Source: Xylanibacter ruminicola 23 (lineage in GTDB: Bacteria > Bacteroidota > Bacteroidia > Bacteroidales > Bacteroidaceae). Taken from it: a DNA stretch of 32,000 nt. Every line of letters begins with the position of its first letter. Positions within the stretch are counted from its first letter, which is position 1. Positions 22,808 through 30,973 of the stretch are shown piece after piece. The DNA lies in contig NC_014033.1 in NCBI RefSeq assembly GCF_000025925.1, positions 3,570,001 to 3,602,000 on the forward strand. The letters run 5' to 3'. A program made the position numbers and the translations under genes. The notes beneath the pieces were generated by a model. The model was not told the origin of the DNA. It saw only the letters and a program-made list of their open reading frames with translations, and did not search any database.

Positions 22808-23670
22808 TGAAACTGAAAAGTATCGTAAGAATTGCCGTATTGGCATTGCCATTGATGTTTAGTTCATGTGGTATATTCAAGAAATCGAAAGAGGTGAAGC
22901 CAATCATTGAACAGCGTCAGACTACCGACTTTGTGAGTCAGGTGCGTGATAACCAGCAAACCAATAAGTTCATCACCTCGAAGGTGAAGTTCTCGGTTGA
23001 GGTTGGTCCGCAGAAGATTACACTGACGGGTAATCTGAAAATGCGTCGTGACGATGTAATCCGTTTGCAGCTGATGGCCTTTGGATTTGTTGAGGCCGGA
23101 CGTCTTGAATTCACCAAGGATTACGTGCTGATTATGGACCGTATCAATAAGCAGTACCTGAAGGCTCCTTACCGCCAGGTAGATTTCCTGCGTAATAGCG
23201 GTTTGAACTTCTCGGCTATTCAGGCATTGTTCTGGAACGAGCTTTTCAAGCCCAATCAGGGTAGCGAGGCAGTTGTGCTTGCAAAGAATAACAAGGAGGG
23301 CGAAGGCAAGTTTACCACCATTGAGAGTGGCGACGATATGATTATCAATCTCGAAGAGGGAAAGATGGACTACAGTTGGTTGGCCAGCAAGAATACCGCA
23401 CTGATTCGTATGGCTAACATCCTTTATAAGGACCGCTTTAATGGTAACACCCAGCTTAACTGGGACTATTCCGAATACGATGTGTTTGGACGTAAGATGT
23501 TCCCCAAGAAGCATCTCATTACACTTACCACTCCTGATAAGGAAGTGAAGTTGGGTATGACCCTGAATTATCTGGGTAATGATACCGAATGGGATGCACG
23601 AACCGAAGTTTCTAACAAGTATCGCGAGGTAACAGTTGACGAGATACTCCGCCGCTTCATGGCTCTATGA
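22807..23670 (+). CDS. DUF4292-like lipoprotein
   Basis: Lipobox LPLMFSSCG. About 285 aa. It occupies the conserved Bacteroidota position between a TPR protein and an EnvC-like protein. Its start overlaps the TPR stop by 1 nt. Confidence 0.6.
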   Translation: MKLKSIVRIAVLALPLMFSSCGIFKKSKEVKPIIEQRQTTDFVSQVRDNQQTNKFITSKVKFSVEVGPQKITLTGNLKMRRDDVIRLQLMAFGFVEAGRLEFTKDYVLIMDRINKQYLKAPYRQVDFLRNSGLNFSAIQALFWNELFKPNQGSEAVVLAKNNKEGEGKFTTIESGDDMIINLEEGKMDYSWLASKNTALIRMANILYKDRFNGNTQLNWDYSEYDVFGRKMFPKKHLITLTTPDKEVKLGMTLNYLGNDTEWDARTEVSNKYREVTVDEILRRFMAL

Positions 23671-25292
23671 TGAATAGAGTGTTACGTATGCGATATATCG
23701 CGATGGTGCTGATGGCACTCATCACGTTTTCTTCGCCTGCTATTGCACAGCTGGCGAAAAAAAAGTCTGTGCAAAAACGTACGGCTACCACAACTAAGAA
23801 GTCGGGCAGCAAGAAATCTACAGGTAAGAAGACAACCACCAAGAGTTCTGCATCCAAGCAGTCGGTAACGGTTAACAGTTTGAAGACCGAGCAGCAGAGG
23901 GTGCGTAAGCAGATTGAGGAGCAGCAGCGTAAGTTGAAAGCCAACGAGCGCGATGTGAAGAAACGTTTGCAGAACCTGCTGATTATCAACAATGAGATTG
24001 CCGATAAGCGTAAGTCGATTGATACCATCCGTCATGATATCAATCGTCTTGATGGTAATATCCATACGCTGGAGGTACAGCTGGTAACACTCGAGAAGGA
24101 ACTCGAAGAGCGTAAGCTGCGTTTCATCAAGTCGATGAAATACATGCATCGCAACCGAAATCTGCAGAGTCGCCTGATGTTTGTGTTCAGTGCTAAGAAC
24201 CTGTCGCAGATGTACCGACGACTGCGTTTTGTGCGTGAATATGCGGCCTATCAGCAGAATCAGGCCGAAGCGGTGAAGTCGATGAAGGATCAGGTGACTG
24301 AGGCGCATAGCGAACTCACCGACACCAAGCGACAGAAGAGCGACTTGTTGGTGAGAGGCGAACGGGAGCGCCGTTCGCTCGAAGGCAAACAGGAAGAGCA
24401 GCAGAAGATGGTGTCATCTCTGCAGAAACAGCAGAAAACCATTCAGGGCATCATCGAAAAACAGAAAAAGCGCGATGCTGAGTTGAATGCACAGATCGAC
24501 CGACTGATTGCTCAGGAGATAGCCCGTGCGAAGGCGCGTGCCGAAGCCGAAGCCCGGCGCAAAGCTGCCGAGGCCGAAGCAAAACGTAAGGCTGAGGAAC
24601 TGGCCCGCAAACAGGCTGCAGCCGAAGCGGCTCGTAAGGAGAACGAGCGACGTATTGCTGAGGCTAAGGCTCGCGAGGAGAAAGCCAAGGCCGAAGCCCG
24701 TGCGGCTGCTGCCCGTAAGAATGCCGAAGAGAAAGCGGCTGCCGAGCGTGCTGCTGCTGAGGCTGAGCGTGCCCGATTGGCAGCTGAGCGAAAGGCGGCT
24801 GCCGATGCGAAAGCACACGAGAAGGAGGTGGCCGAAGCCCGTAAATCAGAGGCTGCAGTTTATACTGTTTCGTCCGAAGACCGTATGCTGAGTGGTAACT
24901 TTGAGAGCAATCGCGGTAGATTGCCTATGCCTATTGCTGGCGGCTATCGTATTGTGAACCACTTTGGTACCAACCACGTAACAGATGTGAAGGGACATGT
25001 AACACTCGATAAGAAAGGTATCGATATCAAGGGTCAGCCTGGTGCTGCAGTTCGTTGTGTGTTCGATGGCGAGGTGAGTGCTGTATTCAGCTATGCTGGC
25101 ACCACAGTAGTCATCGTGCGTCATGGTAGCTACCTGTCGGTTTATTGCGACTTGGCTTCGGTTAACGTGAGTCGAGGACAAAAAGTAAGCACCCGACAGA
25201 CACTTGGTCGTGTGGGTGCTGAGGGTTTGATGCAGTTCCAGTTGCGCAAAGGCAGCGCTAAACTGAACCCTGAGGGCTGGTTGGCGCGATAG
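23667..25292 (+). CDS. EnvC-like murein hydrolase activator: signal peptide, K/T/S-rich linker, coiled coil, A/E/K/R-rich tract and a degenerate LytM (M23) domain
   Basis: Signal peptide ending SPAIAQ. Long heptad-like coiled coil. The C-terminal fold is GIDIKG...VVIVRHGSYLSVYCDL...LMQFQLR, M23-like but lacking the catalytic His residues. It shares an ATGA overlap with the DUF4292-like gene. Confidence 0.8.
   Translation: MMNRVLRMRYIAMVLMALITFSSPAIAQLAKKKSVQKRTATTTKKSGSKKSTGKKTTTKSSASKQSVTVNSLKTEQQRVRKQIEEQQRKLKANERDVKKRLQNLLIINNEIADKRKSIDTIRHDINRLDGNIHTLEVQLVTLEKELEERKLRFIKSMKYMHRNRNLQSRLMFVFSAKNLSQMYRRLRFVREYAAYQQNQAEAVKSMKDQVTEAHSELTDTKRQKSDLLVRGERERRSLEGKQEEQQKMVSSLQKQQKTIQGIIEKQKKRDAELNAQIDRLIAQEIARAKARAEAEARRKAAEAEAKRKAEELARKQAAAEAARKENERRIAEAKAREEKAKAEARAAAARKNAEEKAAAERAAAEAERARLAAERKAAADAKAHEKEVAEARKSEAAVYTVSSEDRMLSGNFESNRGRLPMPIAGGYRIVNHFGTNHVTDVKGHVTLDKKGIDIKGQPGAAVRCVFDGEVSAVFSYAGTTVVIVRHGSYLSVYCDLASVNVSRGQKVSTRQTLGRVGAEGLMQFQLRKGSAKLNPEGWLAR
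24511..24855 (+). repeat. Low-complexity GC-rich coding tract encoding about 115 aa of Ala/Glu/Lys/Arg
   Basis: Recurrent GCCGAAGC / GCTGAGGC / AAGGC units. The tract is open in several frames, which explains the spurious ORFs at 24414-24818 (-) and 24526-24891 (+). Confidence 0.85.
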
Positions 25293-25293
25293 G

Positions 25294-25331
25294 GTCGACA
25301 CGCTGAGTGTCAACTCTGGCCACACGGCCAG
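25294..25331. terminator. Two adjacent hairpins between convergent genes (GTCGACAC-GCTGA-GTGTCAAC and CTGGCC-ACAC-GGCCAG)
   Basis: The stems were read directly: 7/8 bp with a 5-nt loop, and 6/6 bp with a 4-nt loop. Neither has a U-tract, so terminator function is uncertain. Confidence 0.35.
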
Positions 25332-25339
25332 ATAGGCAC

Positions 25340-26404
25340 TTATAGTGTCAATCCGTCCAACAATCCTATATAGGTATCGATGGCATGTTCCATCTCCGAA
25401 ATCTTTATGAACTCATTGGCTGAGTGCGAGCGACTTGATTCGCCTGGTCCCAGCTTAAATGATGGGAATGGCATCAGCGCCTGATCGCTCAGTGTGGGCG
25501 AACCGAATGGCTGCATGCCTCTGTCGATACATCTCTTAATGAGCGGATGCTCGGGTGAGATGGCCGATGAGTGCAGGCGGAACGAACGGGCACGCAACTC
25601 GCACTTGGTCATCTTCTTGCACAGGAAGTTAAACAGATATTCGTTCTGATAGAACTCGTTGGTGCGTACATCAATAACAAAATGCAGTGTATCAGGCACT
25701 ACGTTATGCTGGGTACCGCCTTCAACTACGGTCACCGTCATCTTTGTGGGGCCTAAGAGCGGACTTACCTTGCGGAATTTATAATCGCGAAGCCAAACCA
25801 GATCGTCGAGTGCTTCGTAGATAGCATTTATGCCTTCGTTACGGGCAGCATGGCCCGATTTGCCGTGAGCATAACCATCAATTACCATCAGTCCTTTTTC
25901 TGCAATGGCGGGTTGCATGCCTGTAGGCTCACCCACAATGGCTACGTCAATCTTGGGCAACAAAGGCAGCACGCGACTCAGTCCGTTCTGTCCCGATATC
26001 TCTTCTTCGGCCGAAGCTACCCACAACAGATTATAGTTGCGAGGACGATACAGCATGATGCGATAGGCTTGCAATAACGAAACCAGTCCGCCGCCACAGT
26101 CGTTTGAGCCCAGACCATATATCACGTCGTATTCCTGATCTGGTGAAAATGGATCGCGTGTCCACGAGCTAACGGGTTTTACGGTGTCGATATGGGCGTT
26201 GAGCATCACGGTAGGTCGATTGTTGTCCCAATCAGGACAGCCCACCCAGAGGTTGTTACCCTCGCGACCGAATGGTAGATTCCACATGTTCAGGAAATCA
26301 GCCAGTTTATCGGCAGCTCTCGTCTCGTCTCTACTAACCGAAGGAATGGCAATCAGCTCCTTCAGCAAGGCTACGGCGTCGTAAAGATAGTTTTTGTTTT
26401 CCAT
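25340..26404 (-). CDS. M20-family metallo-deacylase (ArgE/DapE-like)
   Basis: Contains LLKELIAIPSVSRDE, LNAHIDTV, GSNDCGGG, SAEEEISG and a C-terminal SHSANEF motif, typical of the ArgE/DapE family. Confidence 0.8.
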   Translation of the reverse strand: MENKNYLYDAVALLKELIAIPSVSRDETRAADKLADFLNMWNLPFGREGNNLWVGCPDWDNNRPTVMLNAHIDTVKPVSSWTRDPFSPDQEYDVIYGLGSNDCGGGLVSLLQAYRIMLYRPRNYNLLWVASAEEEISGQNGLSRVLPLLPKIDVAIVGEPTGMQPAIAEKGLMVIDGYAHGKSGHAARNEGINAIYEALDDLVWLRDYKFRKVSPLLGPTKMTVTVVEGGTQHNVVPDTLHFVIDVRTNEFYQNEYLFNFLCKKMTKCELRARSFRLHSSAISPEHPLIKRCIDRGMQPFGSPTLSDQALMPFPSFKLGPGESSRSHSANEFIKISEMEHAIDTYIGLLDGLTL

Positions 26405-26407
26405 ATT

Positions 26408-27403
26408 TTATTTGGTTTTTGCTTTTGATACACATACGGATAGTAGCATCGATAATACCAAAACACCGAAGATGATGGCCAACGAAAGTGTGGTGGGTAC
26501 TTCGATGTGTGGCATGTCGATATTTAATCCTATCATCTCGCCGAATGCGTTCACGTACTCGTTCATGGCTAATAGCATCTTTACGCCTACAAAGCTCAGG
26601 ATGATACCTAAGCCATATTTAAGATAGGTGAAGTATTTGGCTACTGCTGCCAGCGCAAAGTATAGGGCACGCAGACCCAGAATGGCGAAGATATTGGAGG
26701 TGAGCACGATAAACGGATCGCGGCTCACTGAGAATACGGCAGGGATTGAATCAACGGCAAAGGCCACATCGGTTGTCTCGATTACCAATAAGGCAATAAA
26801 CAATGGAGTTGCTAATCGCTTACCGTTCTCGATGATAAAGAACTTTCCCTCGTGCATCTGGTCGGTCACAGGGAAGAATTTCTTGAATATCTTTACGAAG
26901 AAATTGTTCGAGGGGTCGACCTGCTCGTCGTTATGTCCGAACATCTTGATGCCCGTATAAATCAGGAATAATCCAAACAATCCTAATATCCATTCAAACT
27001 GGGCAATCATCGCTGTACCTGCAAAAATAAAGATACTGCGCAGTACTAAAGCACCAAAAATACCCCAGAACAATACCTCGTGCTGGTATTTTCGCTGTAC
27101 GCCGAAGAACGAGAAAAGCATCAGGAATACAAACAGATTATCCATCGATAAGGATTTCTCAATCAGATAACCTGCCAAGAACTCCATTGCTTTCTCATGA
27201 GAGTTAACAGGATATAACAGATAGATGCCACCGCAGAAAACAAGCGATACACCAATCCATACGGCTGTCATCTTCAGAGCTTCGGATACGCTCACTTCAT
27301 GTTGACCTTTCTTACCGAACGATTTCAGGTCGATCAGCAACATAATGAATACCAGTATGTAGAACAAAATCCACGCCCAGATGGGGATATTTACCATTTC
27401 CAT
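26408..27403 (-). CDS. TerC-family integral membrane protein
   Basis: About 9 TM segments. Contains LAGYLIEKSLSMDNLFVF and ETTDVAFAVDSIPAVF (duplicated TerC motifs). Confidence 0.85.
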   Translation of the reverse strand: MEMVNIPIWAWILFYILVFIMLLIDLKSFGKKGQHEVSVSEALKMTAVWIGVSLVFCGGIYLLYPVNSHEKAMEFLAGYLIEKSLSMDNLFVFLMLFSFFGVQRKYQHEVLFWGIFGALVLRSIFIFAGTAMIAQFEWILGLFGLFLIYTGIKMFGHNDEQVDPSNNFFVKIFKKFFPVTDQMHEGKFFIIENGKRLATPLFIALLVIETTDVAFAVDSIPAVFSVSRDPFIVLTSNIFAILGLRALYFALAAVAKYFTYLKYGLGIILSFVGVKMLLAMNEYVNAFGEMIGLNIDMPHIEVPTTLSLAIIFGVLVLSMLLSVCVSKAKTK

Positions 27404-27430
27404 TCTTTCTTTATTCTTTGATTACGGCGA

Positions 27431-27438
27431 CAAAGTTA
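27431..27438 (-). promoter_or_regulatory. -7 promoter box (TAACTTTG on minus strand) for the TerC/M20 unit
   Basis: Exact TAnnTTTG 27 nt upstream of the ATG at 27403. Confidence 0.55.
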
Positions 27439-27470
27439 CGAAATAATTCTTATATTCCCAAAAATAGTTG

Positions 27471-27478
27471 TATTTTTG
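27471..27478 (+). promoter_or_regulatory. -7 promoter box (TATTTTTG) for the ComEC-like gene
   Basis: Exact TAnnTTTG 9 nt upstream of the ATG at 27488. Confidence 0.45.
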
Positions 27479-27487
27479 TACCTTGGT

Positions 27488-28672
27488 ATGCAAAGTCGAT
27501 TATTCGATAAATGTCCCGTAGCGGCTTTAACGGTGAGTATGATTCTTGGCATTATCATCGCTCACTACGTGTCGCTTCCCATCACCATATTACCTGTGCT
27601 GGCTGGTATGGTGGTTGTGGCTTTGCTGCTTTATAAGTTTGCCAATGCGCAGTCGGTAGCTATTCTGGTATGTTGCCTGTTGCTGGGGATGTGTGTGATG
27701 CAGCACCATCAGCAAACCACCAATCAACCGCAAACCGAAACCCGATTAGATCGTTCCAGAAACTTTTTCCTTCAGCAACGCGAGCAGTTGTTGCAGCGTT
27801 TTAATGATAGTGGGCTTGATGGCGATGCTTATGCGGTGGTGGCAGCCATGTCGTTAGGCGATAAGTCGGCTTTGACTCGAGATGTGAAAAGTGCATATTC
27901 TGTCAGCGGTGCCTCGCATGTGTTGGCTCTCAGTGGTCTGCACCTTGGTATTATCTATATGCTGTTGTCGTTGTTCCTGCCACGAAGACGGTGGCCGGCT
28001 TTGTCGCAGTTGTTGATGATCCTGGTGGTATGGGCGTTTGTGCTGCTGGTTGGTATGCCTGTTAGTGCTGTACGCTCGGCCGTCATGCTTACCATCTATG
28101 GCGTTTTGTCGATTGGGCGTCGTAATAAGATGTCGGTCAACGTTCTGGCTTTTACAGCTTTTTTGATGTTGATGTGGAATCCTGCCTGGCTGTTTGATGT
28201 GGGATTTCAGATGTCGTTTATGGCCGTATGGGCTATCCTGCTGTTTGTGCCCTTGTTTACCAGCGTGTTTTCCGACCAGTATTATATGGAGCACCCCTGG
28301 GTGGCAAAGGTTTGGGGCATGGTGGCTGTCTCTATTGCGGCTCAGTTGGGTGTGGCACCATTAATCGCCTATTACTTCGGACAGTTCTCTACCTGTTTTC
28401 TGCTTACCAACTTCCTGGTGGTGCCTGCGGCATTCATTATTCTATGTCTGTCGATAGCCGTTCTGTTGTTTCCGCCCCTCGCGTACCTATTATTATATAT
28501 AGTGAATGGGTTGAATGCGTCGTTGAATACCATCGCCACCTTTCCGGGCGCCAGTATCGGTAACTTGCATCCAACCATCCTTCAGGTTGTGCTTATCTAT
28601 GTGTTGATTGTTTGTTGCTATCTGCTTATAGAAAGAATAAAACCAATAATGGGATGGACACCATGGAGATGA
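27488..28672 (+). CDS. ComEC/Rec2-family membrane protein, channel (Competence) domain only
   Basis: Contains AMSLGDKSALTRDVKSAYSVSGASHVLALSGLHLGII and AQLGVAPLIAYYFGQFS, the ComEC core motifs. There is no C-terminal metallo-beta-lactamase region. The start is ATG 27488, and a later start is possible. Confidence 0.75.
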   Translation: MQSRLFDKCPVAALTVSMILGIIIAHYVSLPITILPVLAGMVVVALLLYKFANAQSVAILVCCLLLGMCVMQHHQQTTNQPQTETRLDRSRNFFLQQREQLLQRFNDSGLDGDAYAVVAAMSLGDKSALTRDVKSAYSVSGASHVLALSGLHLGIIYMLLSLFLPRRRWPALSQLLMILVVWAFVLLVGMPVSAVRSAVMLTIYGVLSIGRRNKMSVNVLAFTAFLMLMWNPAWLFDVGFQMSFMAVWAILLFVPLFTSVFSDQYYMEHPWVAKVWGMVAVSIAAQLGVAPLIAYYFGQFSTCFLLTNFLVVPAAFIILCLSIAVLLFPPLAYLLLYIVNGLNASLNTIATFPGASIGNLHPTILQVVLIYVLIVCCYLLIERIKPIMGWTPWR

Positions 28673-29537
28673 GGGTGGTAATAAATGTTACCTCGGTTAT
28701 CATCGTGGTATCTTTGCCGTATTTTAAGCACAGAATAGTACCGTAAGTAGCCACAGGCATGGCAATTACTACCGTATTGATGTTTACTACAAACTGCGAG
28801 AAGCCTAAAAGCGTGCACAGATAGTAGATGCCGATGGGCAGTATGGCCAGTCGGAAAAGTGTGGTAGCATAAACGCTGGTGTTACCTAACAGCGATTTGA
28901 TGGGGAGGTTCGACATCGATGAACCGATAATCAGCAGCGCGGCAGGTACGGTGATGTTACCAATCATGGTGAGTGGTGCGCTGATGGCTTCGGGGATATT
29001 ATCGATGCGCAATGCTACTATCAGCATGGTCAGGTAGCAGGCCAACATCGGGGTAGAGTAGAGCACCTTTTTTTCAAAACGGCTTTCCTCTACTTCATTT
29101 TTACCTGTTATCAGGATAGTACCTACAGTAAACACTGCAAATGTATTTACAACATTCAGCACAGCAGCATAGAAAACGGCCTCGTGTCCGAATATCGATG
29201 CCACCACAGGGTAGCCCATAAAGCCCACGTTACCAAACATCAGAGCAAAACCGATAGCGCCTTCGTCGTCTTTCTTCTTGGTAAGGTAGCGTGGCAACAG
29301 AAAGGCGATACCTGTAAGCACCGCATAGGTAATCACGCTGATGAGTAATAACGGTAGAATATACTCACGGTCAGGCAGTTCGCCTGTCATAGCCGACGAC
29401 AGAATCAGCGCCGGACAGGTCATATTAATTACCAACCTCGACAGCTGTCTGTCAAAGTCGCCTCCCAAATATCCCAATTTGCCTGCCCCGTATCCCACGA
29501 GCACAATGGCAAACAAAGTCATCATCACTACAAACAT
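28626..29537 (-). CDS. AEC (auxin efflux carrier) family transporter
   Basis: 303 aa with about 10 TM segments. The N-terminus FAIVLVGYGAGKLGYL...LSRLVINMTCPALI is typical of the Mem_trans/AEC family. Confidence 0.75.
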   Translation of the reverse strand: MFVVMMTLFAIVLVGYGAGKLGYLGGDFDRQLSRLVINMTCPALILSSAMTGELPDREYILPLLLISVITYAVLTGIAFLLPRYLTKKKDDEGAIGFALMFGNVGFMGYPVVASIFGHEAVFYAAVLNVVNTFAVFTVGTILITGKNEVEESRFEKKVLYSTPMLACYLTMLIVALRIDNIPEAISAPLTMIGNITVPAALLIIGSSMSNLPIKSLLGNTSVYATTLFRLAILPIGIYYLCTLLGFSQFVVNINTVVIAMPVATYGTILCLKYGKDTTMITEVTFITTLISMVSIPLLVLFFL

Positions 29538-29551
29538 AGAGTAAAGGCATT

Positions 29552-29580
29552 AAAAAAGCCCCAGTGAGTGGGGCTTTTTG
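29552..29580 (-). terminator. Rho-independent terminator downstream of rseP (AGCCCCA-GTGAG-TGGGGCT flanked by A6/T5 runs)
   Basis: The 7-bp GC-rich stem is at 29557-29563 / 29569-29575. A T-run follows it on both strands. It lies 2 nt after the rseP stop. Confidence 0.8.
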
Positions 29581-29581
29581 T

Positions 29582-30967
29582 TTACATATATCCTAACCAC
29601 CGCAATATATCATTGAGGTTCGCGAATACCATCAGGAGTATCAGCAGACCGAAACCGAAGTATTCGGCACGGATCATGAAGGTCTCTGAAGGCTTTCTGC
29701 GGGTAATCATCTCATAAATCAGGAACAGTACATGTCCACCATCCAAGGCTGGGATGGGCAGAATGTTCATGAAGGCGAGGATGATTGAGAGGAAGGCGGT
29801 CATCTTCCAGAACAGATACCAATCCCACATGGGAGGGAACAGACTGCCGATAGCGCCGAAACCACCAATCGACTTCGCACCGTCGGCTGTGAACACATAC
29901 TTCATGTCGCCCACATAACCCTTCAGCACGTTGATGCCGTATGCTATTCCGGCAGGGAAACTCTCAAAGAAACCATATTCCTTGGTGACGGGCTGGTAGA
30001 TGCCAGCGATGGTCTGCACCATGAAACCGAGTTTCAAATCAGGAGTCAAGGTGATGGTGGCTGTATCCTGTACCTCGTTACGTGCATAAACGATGGTGGC
30101 TGTGCGCACCTTCAGGCTGTCGGCCTGAGTCTTGGCGGCTGTCATCATATCCTCGAGTACACCCAGCTGGTCGGTAAACTCATTGTAGCTGTCAACAGGC
30201 TTGCCGTTGATACCTACAATCTTATCGCCTTTCTGCAATCCCATCTTGGCGGCAGGTGTATTCTCCATTACACTGTCTATCACAGCAGGAATCAGTGGAC
30301 GAACGAACGATGGCTCTGCCTTAAGCATACCTAACAGGTTGATGTCGCCAGGCAACTTGATACTCATGGCTTTACCATCACGAATAATGTCGGCACGGGT
30401 AGCCTCGCTCAGGGCGCGGTACATATCTGCGCTGAAGTCCTTGAACTCACCGTTCTCGGTACCTACCAGGATATCACCATCCTTAAAACCATACTGCTTA
30501 GCCTCGGTGTTGAACTTCATACCCAAGGTCATGTTCTTGGTGGGGATATAGGTGTCGCCCCAGTAGAACAGAATCATTGAGTAGATGAACAGGGCCAGCA
30601 GGAAGTTTACCAATACACCGCCAATCATCACCAGCAGGCGCTGCCATGCTGGTTTCGAGCGGAACTCCCATGGCTGCATGGGCTGTTTCATCTGTTCGGT
30701 ATCAAAACTCTCGTCGATCATACCGGCAATCTTACAGTAGCCGCCCAATGGCAACCAACCTACACCATACTGTGTGTCGCTGTTCTTAGGCTTGATCTTA
30801 AACAGACTGCCGTCCCATTTCCAAATGCTGGGATCGAAGAAGAGATAGAACTTCTCTACGCGGATGCCAAAAAGCTTGGCAAAGAAGAAGTGGCCACCCT
30901 CGTGGAGCAGCACTAGCAGGCCAATGGCCAGCATGAATTGCAAAAGTCTAATTAAAAAGATATCCAT
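29582..30967 (-). CDS. rseP: RIP site-2 metalloprotease RseP
   Basis: Contains LLHEGGHFFFAK (HExxH), central PDZ-like regions and NILPIPALDGGHVLF (LDG motif). Confidence 0.9.
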   Translation of the reverse strand: MDIFLIRLLQFMLAIGLLVLLHEGGHFFFAKLFGIRVEKFYLFFDPSIWKWDGSLFKIKPKNSDTQYGVGWLPLGGYCKIAGMIDESFDTEQMKQPMQPWEFRSKPAWQRLLVMIGGVLVNFLLALFIYSMILFYWGDTYIPTKNMTLGMKFNTEAKQYGFKDGDILVGTENGEFKDFSADMYRALSEATRADIIRDGKAMSIKLPGDINLLGMLKAEPSFVRPLIPAVIDSVMENTPAAKMGLQKGDKIVGINGKPVDSYNEFTDQLGVLEDMMTAAKTQADSLKVRTATIVYARNEVQDTATITLTPDLKLGFMVQTIAGIYQPVTKEYGFFESFPAGIAYGINVLKGYVGDMKYVFTADGAKSIGGFGAIGSLFPPMWDWYLFWKMTAFLSIILAFMNILPIPALDGGHVLFLIYEMITRRKPSETFMIRAEYFGFGLLILLMVFANLNDILRWLGYM

Positions 30968-30973
30968 TGTTGA

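Noticed and set aside
23757-23764. A8 homopolymer in the 5' part of the EnvC-like CDS as a phase-variation tract
   Set aside because: It encodes a Lys run within a K/T/S-rich linker. Eight residues is borderline for slippage, and an essential-type division gene is an unlikely contingency locus.
21242-24308. Series of 200-230-aa minus-strand ORFs (21242-21925, 21932-22525, 22864-23514, 23682-24308)
   Set aside because: All are antisense to the TPR, DUF4292 and EnvC-like genes, which carry signal peptides, a lipobox and domain motifs. No independent support exists for the antisense ORFs.
24414-24891. ORFs 24414-24818 (-) and 24526-24891 (+) in the EnvC-like gene
   Set aside because: They are artefacts of the stop-free GC-rich Ala/Glu/Lys/Arg repeat. 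They translate to Arg/Pro/Leu- or Ser/Gly/Leu-rich nonsense.
27404-27487. Possible yybP-ykoY (Mn2+) riboswitch upstream of the TerC-family gene
   Set aside because: The whole intergenic region is 84 bp and holds two divergent -7 boxes. The minus-strand box is only 27 nt from the ATG, so there is no room for an aptamer of about 100 nt or more.
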